The notes beneath the pieces were generated by a model that was not told the origin of the DNA, searched no databases, and saw only the letters and a list, made by a program, of their open reading frames with translations. 32,000 bases of DNA, taken from Trichodesmium erythraeum IMS101 (GTDB lineage: Bacteria; Cyanobacteriota; Cyanobacteriia; Cyanobacteriales; Microcoleaceae). A program made the translations under genes and the position numbers. Position 1 is the stretch's first letter; every line of letters starts with the position of its first letter. The stretch lies in the NCBI RefSeq assembly GCF_000014265.1, contig NC_008312.1, positions 3,360,001-3,392,000 of the forward strand, in the 5' to 3' direction. Below, piece after piece: positions 15,683 through 22,537 of the stretch.

Positions 15683-16036
15683 TTACTCTTTTAATTTCCA
15701 TTTCATGGTAACTTCCATTTGCGCTTCTGCACCTGCTTTTGCCAACATTGGTACACCTGCCTCAGAATCTAAAGTAATTGACAATTTCATTTCAAATTCA
15801 TTAGGTTTAATATCATCGCTCATTTGGTTGACACTTTCTATGACTTTAGCAGCACAATTACGAGTTAAAGCCAAACCATCCCCAAATAAATCCTTTGCTG
15901 CCGCAATAACTTCTTTTCCCGAATTACCTCGAGACAAAGGCTTAGGATTATTTTGAACTTTAAAATCATCATTAACCTGAATATTGATTTCAATTTTTTC
16001 ATTGCCAAGTTGGCTAATGGTTTTAACAATTGCCAC
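15683..16036 (-). CDS. Small alpha/beta protein resembling the Trypco2 / CU044_2847-type family (117 aa)
   Basis: GTG start at 16036. The C-terminal half, ..PNEFEMKLSITLDSEAGVPMLAKAGAEAQMEVTMKWKLKE, matches from memory the characteristic pattern (EFGhKLxxEAGxxIAKxGxEAxhxVTLxW) of the small trypsin-co-occurring domain proteins seen in NTPase/protease conflict operons. The two overlapping ORFs (15705..15956 plus strand, 15865..16062 minus strand) are shadows. Confidence 0.6.
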   Translation of the reverse strand: MAIVKTISQLGNEKIEINIQVNDDFKVQNNPKPLSRGNSGKEVIAAAKDLFGDGLALTRNCAAKVIESVNQMSDDIKPNEFEMKLSITLDSEAGVPMLAKAGAEAQMEVTMKWKLKE

Positions 16037-16045
16037 AAATCATAT

Positions 16046-16066
16046 CCTCCAAAAATTAACATTATA
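16046..16066 (-). promoter_or_regulatory. Shine-Dalgarno GGAGG plus a possible -10 box for the Trypco2-like gene
   Basis: On the minus strand, GGAGG (plus-strand CCTCC 16046..16050) lies 9 nt upstream of the GTG start. TATAAT (plus-strand ATTATA 16061..16066) lies about 25 nt upstream. There is no convincing -35 element. Confidence 0.35.
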
Positions 16067-16184
16067 ACTGACCCACCTCCACAGCTCCCCTTTTACGGAT
16101 GGGATGGGGACTAGTAACCGGTGGCTATAATCTCTGATAGTCTCTAATAATCTCTAAATAATCTCCAGTTATTGATAATTTATC

Positions 16185-17561
16185 CTAACTTCCACTATAC
16201 CACTGAAATAAAACCTGAGCCAACATCGTAGAATCATGGCGAACAAAACCATTTTGTTCGTCCTCATACATAACATTAGTTAAAAGAATTTTCCGCCCCA
16301 AATTGTTAACTGCTTCTCGGTCAAGAAAAACCGGATGAGAATTTTCTTGAGCATACTTAATTAATGCTTGTGCCGAAGGACTTTTTCCCTGTACTAAAAC
16401 AGTATCAAATAATCTTTGACCACAAGCAACATCAATAGCACAAATATGGTCAGCCACACTATATCCAGTAGTTTCTCCAGGCTGAGTCATAATATTACAA
16501 ACATAAATACTAGGAATATTTCTACAAGCGATCGCCTCAGCAATTTCAGGTACTAATAAATTAGGAATAACGCTAGTATATAAACTACCAGGACCAATAA
16601 TAATATAGTCAGCTTCTTCTATAGCTTGCAAAACCTTAGGCAAAGCCGGAGGATGTTCAGGAGTACAGCCAATTTTAACAATTTTGCCCCCTGCTTCAGT
16701 AATATTAGACTCCCCCTCAATGTGTCGTCCATCAGCTAACTCTGCCCACAAATACACATCAGTAAGAGTAGCAGGCAAAACCTGACCTTGGACAGCTAAA
16801 ACCTTTGAACTAGCAGCAACAGCCCGTTCCAAATCTCCTGTCACCTCACTCATAGCTGTCAGAAACAAGTTGCCAAAACTATGCCCTACCAAACCATCAC
16901 CAGCCTTGAAGCGATACTGAAATAATTCAGTTAATAACTTTTCCTCGTTAGCTAAAGCCGCCAAACAATTCCGAATATCTCCTGGTGGGAGTACCCCTAT
17001 TTCTCGGCGCAACCTACCAGAAGAGCCACCATCATCAGCCACCGTAACAATAGCAGTAATATTTGCACTATAACTCTTGAGACCCCTTAATAAGTTGGAA
17101 AGACCAGTACCCCCACCAATAGCGACAATTTTGGGACCTTTATTTAATCGCCGATGAGTGAGTAACCGGTCTACAAGTTGTTCATCTCCTTCTGGCATTA
17201 ACGCTTGGGTAATAGTTTTTAAGCTGCGGTTTTGGCCTAGAAAGATTAATAGTAAGCCAACAACAATAATTATTGGGCCAGAAATGTACTTAGGGACTAT
17301 TGTTGTTACCCACCCTAAAAATTCCCTAATTGTTTGTAGGATGTAAAAAATAGGAGTCATTCCCGTCCATATTGCCAGCCCTAAACTAGTTAGTAGTACA
17401 CCAGCAGCACTTAAAAGTAACCACCGTTTGACAAATAATCCTGGGGCGAGCCATTTGAACCATTGACTAACTATTTGATAGTTACTTTTTTGAGGTTTTG
17501 TAATAGGGAAGTTTTTCTTCAGAAAGATACGTAGAGTTTTCTTAAATAAACTAGTTGACAT
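16185..17561 (-). CDS. yvcK: YvcK/CofD-like (UPF0052, gluconeogenesis factor family) protein with an N-terminal transmembrane extension (458 aa)
   Basis: Family motifs are [37 protein letters not shown], ..GHSFGNLFL.. and ..[18 protein letters not shown].. They are preceded by 2-3 hydrophobic helices ([31 protein letters not shown]). Confidence 0.9.
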   Translation of the reverse strand: MSTSLFKKTLRIFLKKNFPITKPQKSNYQIVSQWFKWLAPGLFVKRWLLLSAAGVLLTSLGLAIWTGMTPIFYILQTIREFLGWVTTIVPKYISGPIIIVVGLLLIFLGQNRSLKTITQALMPEGDEQLVDRLLTHRRLNKGPKIVAIGGGTGLSNLLRGLKSYSANITAIVTVADDGGSSGRLRREIGVLPPGDIRNCLAALANEEKLLTELFQYRFKAGDGLVGHSFGNLFLTAMSEVTGDLERAVAASSKVLAVQGQVLPATLTDVYLWAELADGRHIEGESNITEAGGKIVKIGCTPEHPPALPKVLQAIEEADYIIIGPGSLYTSVIPNLLVPEIAEAIACRNIPSIYVCNIMTQPGETTGYSVADHICAIDVACGQRLFDTVLVQGKSPSAQALIKYAQENSHPVFLDREAVNNLGRKILLTNVMYEDEQNGFVRHDSTMLAQVLFQWYSGS

Positions 17562-17751
17562 AATAATTTTTATAAAAATATTTTTTACATAAAAAGAATT
17601 CTGGCATTATTATGACTCTTCAGGACCAACTTTGTTTTAGATGAAATCTAGCAAACTCAAAATATTTATAGGGAATAGAAAATATAAGGATGTTTTCAAG
17701 TATTTGCCTAGTCATTTATAATATAGTGGGAAAAAAGTCAATTTCTAATCT

Positions 17752-18537
17752 ATGAACAATGAACCTTTAATTCAACTCAAGGGAGTTAGTAAGTCATTCG
17801 GGCAAAACGTTGTGTTAGATGAAACAGACTTAACTATTTATCGTGGAGAGGCATTAGCTATTATTGGTCCATCAGGAACTGGTAAGTCTACAGTTCTGAG
17901 AATTATTGCTGGTTTATTAACTCCTGATGCTGGGGAAGTTTATGTGCAGGGAAAGAAACGGGTTAGATGGATAGATGATTTAAAAGATCCAATAACTATT
18001 GGTATGGTGTTTCAGAATGCAGCTTTGTTTGATTCTTTGACAGTAGAAGAAAATGTGGGTTTTCTTTTGTATCAACATTCTAAGTTGTTACGTCCCCAGA
18101 TTCAGGAATTGGTCAACCAGAAGTTGGAAATGGTGGGTTTGGGTAATATTGGCGATCGCTATCCGGCGGAGTTATCTGGTGGGATGCGTAAACGTGTTAG
18201 TTTTGCTAGAGCAATTATTACTAATCCAGAAAATCCCCATCATGATCCAGATGTATTATTATATGATGAACCTACCGCTGGCCTAGACCCTATCGCTTCT
18301 ACTGTGATTGAGGATATAGTTCGTCATATACAATATGTAGATGGTGGCTGTAATACTTATGTGATGGTGACTCATCAGCATAGTACTATTCGTCGTACAG
18401 CGGACAGAATTGTATTTCTTTACCAGGGTAAGGTGCAGTGGGAAGGTACTGCAGATGAAATTGATACTGTGGATAATGCTTTGGTCAAACAATTTTTTAC
18501 GGGTAGTGTAAATGGTCCAATTCAGGTGGTGGGTTAA
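17752..18537 (+). CDS. ABC transporter ATP-binding protein, MlaF/TGD3-like (lipid-trafficking Mla/MCE-type system)
   Basis: Walker A GPSGTGKST, signature LSGGMRKRVSFARA, Walker B LLYDEPTAGLD, H-loop VMVTHQ. The protein has the MlaF-type length, and an MlaD/MCE gene follows it. Confidence 0.88.
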   Translation: MNNEPLIQLKGVSKSFGQNVVLDETDLTIYRGEALAIIGPSGTGKSTVLRIIAGLLTPDAGEVYVQGKKRVRWIDDLKDPITIGMVFQNAALFDSLTVEENVGFLLYQHSKLLRPQIQELVNQKLEMVGLGNIGDRYPAELSGGMRKRVSFARAIITNPENPHHDPDVLLYDEPTAGLDPIASTVIEDIVRHIQYVDGGCNTYVMVTHQHSTIRRTADRIVFLYQGKVQWEGTADEIDTVDNALVKQFFTGSVNGPIQVVG

Positions 18538-18570
18538 TTAAGTTATTTCAGTTATCGGTTCTCGGTATCT

Positions 18571-18834
18571 CTGAGACTCAGCATCCAGGTTGAAATACAT
18601 AAGGCGAATATTTTTTTTTAACATTGAAATAGTAGGTTATTAACCTGATTTTTTTGCTCAGAAGTTAGGAAACCAAAAATTGTTTTAGTTATTAGTTATT
18701 AGTTATTAGTACTGAGTAGCCCTCAGCATCTAGATTGAAATACACAAGAGGAATATTTGTGTCCAAACCTTGAAAGGGCAGCTATTATCAGAATTTTTTG
18801 GTAAATTGAACTCAGAAGTCAGAAGTTGTTTTGG
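18571..18834. repeat. Imperfect tandem duplication (~125-140 bp x2) in the mlaF-like/mlaD-like spacer, with an (AGTTATT)x3 microsatellite (18687..18710) at the junction
   Basis: Unit 1 is CTGAGACTCAGCATCCAGGTTGAAATACATAAGGCGAATATTT...CTCAGAAGTTAGGAAACCAAAAATTGTTTTAG. Unit 2 is CTGAGTAGCCCTCAGCATCTAGATTGAAATACACAAGAGGAATATTT...CTCAGAAGTCAGAAGTTGTTTTGG. Each unit begins with a small CTGAG..CTCAG hairpin. Confidence 0.55.
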
Positions 18835-18981
18835 TCACAGGGATAACTAAGTCATCAGCTAAACATCAAAATTTTCACCTTGACACGAATAGAAAATAAA
18901 GATGGATATTATACCATAAGTTGATTGATTATCAAGTAAAATTTTTAGGTTTCAATACAATAAAAGTTGGTTGGGGAAATT

Positions 18982-20412
18982 ATGCGATCGCGAACAACTA
19001 GAGAAGGTTCAGTAGGTTTATTAACTTTATTCGGACTGGGTTTGTTTGGTGCTTTAATGCTTTGGCTCAAAGGAGTAGAATTAGGCAAACGTAGTTATAA
19101 ATTCATAGTTGAATTTGAAAGTGCATCTGGTATTGAGTTAGGTACATCAGTTAGATATCGAGGTATTGATGTTGGGCAAGTAGTAAAAATCAAACCAGGG
19201 TCAAATGGAGTAGATATTACCCTAGAAATTCAGCCAGAAGATTTAATTATTCCTCGTGATGTATACATTCAAGGCAATATATCTTCATTTATTGGAACTG
19301 CGCAAATAGATATTATTCCAAGAAATAGAATACCAGAATCAGAAATTTCTGCTACTGCCTTATCATCTAATTGCCCTGAAATAATTATCTGTAATAATGA
19401 CCGTTTACAAGGAGAGGCCGGAGTAGAAATGCAACAATTATTAAGGGCAGGAATACGTTTAATTGACCTCTATAGTGACCCAGAGTTATTTAATAATGTG
19501 AAGATAATTGCTGAAAATACAGCTAATGCATCTGCTGAAGCTTCTAAGTTAGCGAAACAACTCTCTGATTTATCAGAAACTATTAAAAAAGAAATGAAAG
19601 GTTTAAGTCAATATCTAAGAGAAGATATTGATAATATAACAGGAATTATCCGCACAGAAGTGGGTAGTTTAACTCAAACATTAGAAGGAGAAATTGGAGG
19701 CTTAACTCAAACATTAGAAGGAGAAATTAGTGGTTTAACTAATACAGTAGAGAAAGACTTAGATAGTTTGACTAAAACCTTAGAAAAAGAAGTGAATGAT
19801 ATTTCTAATCAAGTAACTACTGTGACTGAAACCATGAAAGAATCTACAAAAAAAGTTTCTTCTGCCGCAGTCGCTTCAGCAAATTCTGTAGAAGAAGTAG
19901 CTAATCAATTTAGTTTAACAGTTGAGCAGATTAATGAAATTGTTAATACAAATCGTTCGACTCTAGTTGCAACTTTAAATAATATCGAAAAAACAACTGA
20001 AGAATTAGTAGGACTAGTGGCAAGTTTAAGTCCGATGATTGGTGAGTTAGAAAGAGGAGAATTTATTAGTAATTTAGAGATATTATCAGAAAATGCAGTA
20101 GAAACTTCTGCGAATTTACGAGATATTTCTACTGATTTAAACAGCCCAACAAACATAATTATGTTGCAACAAACATTAGATTCAGCTAGAGCAACATTTG
20201 AAAATGTGCAGAAAATGTCATCAGATTTAGATGATATAACAGGGGATGAAAGATTTAGGAAAAGCCTCAAAAAAATTATTAATGGATTAGGTGATTTATT
20301 CTCTTCAACAAAGCAGTTAGAGAAGCAAACTCAGACGGCAAAAAATATTGAAAGTTTGTTGAAAGAGAGTAGCAGTTCAGAGATTAGTAAATTTACCAAA
20401 AGTTATGAGTAG
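18982..20412 (+). CDS. MlaD/MCE-domain protein with a long C-terminal coiled-coil extension (476 aa from the ATG)
   Basis: ORF-track frame starts at TTG 18967; the first ATG is at 18982 (MRSRTTREGSVGLLTLFGLGLFGALMLW = TM anchor). The MCE domain reads YKFIVEFESASGIELGTSVRYRGIDVGQVVKIKPGSNGVDITLEI. It is followed by ~300 aa of heptad/hendecad-like repeats rich in L, E, T and S. Confidence 0.85.
   Translation: MRSRTTREGSVGLLTLFGLGLFGALMLWLKGVELGKRSYKFIVEFESASGIELGTSVRYRGIDVGQVVKIKPGSNGVDITLEIQPEDLIIPRDVYIQGNISSFIGTAQIDIIPRNRIPESEISATALSSNCPEIIICNNDRLQGEAGVEMQQLLRAGIRLIDLYSDPELFNNVKIIAENTANASAEASKLAKQLSDLSETIKKEMKGLSQYLREDIDNITGIIRTEVGSLTQTLEGEIGGLTQTLEGEISGLTNTVEKDLDSLTKTLEKEVNDISNQVTTVTETMKESTKKVSSAAVASANSVEEVANQFSLTVEQINEIVNTNRSTLVATLNNIEKTTEELVGLVASLSPMIGELERGEFISNLEILSENAVETSANLRDISTDLNSPTNIIMLQQTLDSARATFENVQKMSSDLDDITGDERFRKSLKKIINGLGDLFSSTKQLEKQTQTAKNIESLLKESSSSEISKFTKSYE
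19663..19761 (+). repeat. In-frame 33-bp tandem repeat (2 near-identical units plus 1 diverged) inside the MlaD coiled coil
   Basis: The units are GGTAGTTTAACTCAAACATTAGAAGGAGAAATT, GGAGGCTTAACTCAAACATTAGAAGGAGAAATT and AGTGGTTTAACTAATACAGTAGAGAAAGACTTA. They encode GSLTQTLEGEI, GGLTQTLEGEI and SGLTNTVEKDL. Confidence 0.8.
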
Positions 20413-20509
20413 CTTTGAGGTTTTAGATGTGAATTTTTAGGTGGGGATAGAATGGAAATATTACTGTTTTTATTAACATAGTATTTCTATGCCGGAATGC
20501 TCCACAAAT

Positions 20510-20537
20510 AGCTATCAGCTATCAGCTATTAGCTATT
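20510..20537. repeat. Heptamer microsatellite (AGCTATC)x2 (AGCTATT)x2
   Basis: Direct reading of AGCTATCAGCTATCAGCTATTAGCTATT, about 100 nt downstream of the MlaD stop codon. Confidence 0.9.
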
Positions 20538-20814
20538 AGTTCTAGTCAAAACTATTGGTTGTAAAAGATTTCAATTTTATCAATGTCAAATGTACTTTTT
20601 TATAGTTTTATACTTTTTATCCTAGGAAAATAAAAGTGGAGGCGATCGCTTTATGACTCATAGTAAGGTCAATGAAGCAGAGGCTAAGACTAAAAAATTG
20701 CTAGAAAGGTAAAGGTTGCGATCGCTAGGCATTAACCCAGAAAAAATTGTTTGAGTTTTATTCCTCAAATAAGGAAGTTTTTATTCTTTGACATCCTCTA
20801 GTGGCTGTTAGTTC

Positions 20815-20945
20815 TGAGGGGGGTTATACCAAACCAAAGCTCCTACATGGGTTGAGTCTTTTGCACTTAGCACGCGCTTCGAGCTCTACAGGCTGCTATA
20901 CCTCCTCTGGGGGCAAGTTTTCCTTGTCTCCGTGTCTGTTTTTTT
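20815..20945 (+). ncRNA. Candidate small RNA (unknown family) ending at an intrinsic terminator
   Basis: This is a GC-richer island inside a 1.27-kb ORF-free, AT-rich region. A consensus -35-like TTGACA lies at 20788..20793, but only a weak -10 follows. A stem-loop plus T7 lies at 20909..20945. There is no ORF of 60 aa or more, and I recognise no known RNA family (not tmRNA, SRP, RNase P or 6S by eye). Confidence 0.2.
20909..20945 (+). terminator. Rho-independent terminator-like stem-loop followed by a T7 run
   Basis: GGGGGCAAG (20909..20917) pairs with CTTGTCTCC (20923..20931), giving 7 Watson-Crick and 2 G-U pairs around the loop TTTTC. After 7 nt comes TTTTTTT (20939..20945). Confidence 0.4.
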
Positions 20946-21762
20946 GTCTTGGACTGCCCACCTGCGACTAATTAATTGATAGAATAACAATATATGTATT
21001 CAAAAAAACAACTAAAAAGTCTCCTATTTATGCATCAAACTTTCAATCCAATTTTTAGGTAAAAAGTTTTGATAAAGTTGATTATTGATGGGAATTATTG
21101 CTTCTTGGAAAAGTCTATATATTAGAGGTTTGACTCTAGTAATTTGCAGTTAAATTTTTATTATCAACAACTCTTATAATCATTATTTAGCCTTAAAATA
21201 TATTCAATAATCTAATTTTAATCAGGTATCAATATTAGTAATAAAATAAAACTTGCGAATAATAATTATGGGAAATTGAGAAATTTGAATATTTATAAAT
21301 TATGGCTAAATTATTTAAAATTGAACTTAAGATATAAATCTATTTTAATAAATTAGCATTGAAATTATAAGAAGCTAAAATTTAACCAATATCGAATTTT
21401 GATACTACTAGTTTTATTTTGTTTATAGAGTAGCACAGCCAATTCTATTTTTAATTCCTATTCTGTAATTTTGGCAGCTTGCAAAATGTTTTTAAGAATA
21501 ACAAAAATAATTGTTTTTTTGTTGGGGCTGTAAAACTAAGTAACTACTATAATGATACAATAATAATTTAACAAAAAAAAATATTCTCCTTTTTAAAGAA
21601 GACAAAAAAATAAAATTCAGTTTATTGTTAATAGTACTGATAACTAATAACTAAAAAGGCCATAGTCTCTGGACAGTCGTGGGACAAGTAATAAATGCTG
21701 AGGAGGCGATCGCTTTTTGGTTCAAACTGGGAAAACTGGATAAGGTAGATGTTAAGAGTAGA

Positions 21763-22164
21763 ATGCTAATGCAAGGAACAGAGAAAGAGTACATGGAAGC
21801 CCGTAAGCAGCGAAGTAAAACATTGAGAAGAATAATGTCCTTAGTCGGGCTTATATCTTTTGGGAGTGCTGCTTTGTTTGGGATAGCGAATATGTTTAAA
21901 AGTGCTTTACAGGAGTCTCAAAAGGTAGAAACGGACACAGTTGTTTCGGTAGAGGAGCAGCTGCAGAAAATAGCTCGGGGATATGAGGGTGTTTTGGAGC
22001 GAGAACCTGAAAATGTGACCGCTTTGGAAGGGTTGGTTAAAGTAAGGTTGGAGATGGGGGATAGGAAAGGGGCGATCGCTCCTCTGGAAAAATTGGTGGG
22101 GTTGTATCCTCACAAAGATGATTATAAAGTTGTATTGGAGCAGCTAAAGTTGGAGGTTGACTAA
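21763..22164 (+). CDS. Small membrane-anchored TPR-like protein (133 aa from ATG 21763; ORF-track frame starts at GTG 21679)
   Basis: One hydrophobic helix (IMSLVGLISFGSAALFGIANMF) is followed by TPR-like helical hairpins (GYEGVLEREPENVTALEGLVKVRLEMGDRKGAIAPLEKLVGLYPHKDDY). The start codon is uncertain. Confidence 0.55.
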   Translation: MLMQGTEKEYMEARKQRSKTLRRIMSLVGLISFGSAALFGIANMFKSALQESQKVETDTVVSVEEQLQKIARGYEGVLEREPENVTALEGLVKVRLEMGDRKGAIAPLEKLVGLYPHKDDYKVVLEQLKLEVD

Positions 22165-22537
22165 CATTAAAGATAATAATTAACTAATTTCTGATGTCTA
22201 GGTAGTAAATTTGAAGAAAATTTTATGATTTATAAAAAAGATAAATCTGATTGGTTATATTTGCTATCATTGGTTCAGAAAAAGCTATTGATTATTCTAT
22301 AATTAGTATTTGTTAGTAGTTGGTTTTATGATACCTTCAACTTAAATAAATATTGGAGTCCCACACTATAATTTTAATTTAGTGTCGGGAATAATTTATA
22401 AACAACGATAATATTTATTGTATGTAGAATTTACCCACAGGCAATATATTTATATCATTACGATCCATAGGGAAGTCATCTCAAACTAATACTTTCCTAG
22501 TGGATGATTAAGGCCTGGGATAGTTATTTTTCATCAT

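Noticed and set aside
10100-16500. Apparent absence of GCGATCGC (HIP1) sites across the CHAT, ChlD-like and ChlI-like genes, considered as evidence of horizontal acquisition.
   Set aside because: A comparable HIP1-free stretch exists inside the giant glycosyltransferase gene (~25930..29350). The observation is not statistically meaningful from one window without genome-wide HIP1 density. I use it only as a weak supporting impression.
21000-21660. Extremely AT-rich, ORF-free 660 bp upstream of the TPR-like gene, considered as a possible hidden element.
   Set aside because: I could find no repeats, inverted termini, coding potential or RNA-like structure in it. It is most simply AT-rich intergenic or promoter DNA.
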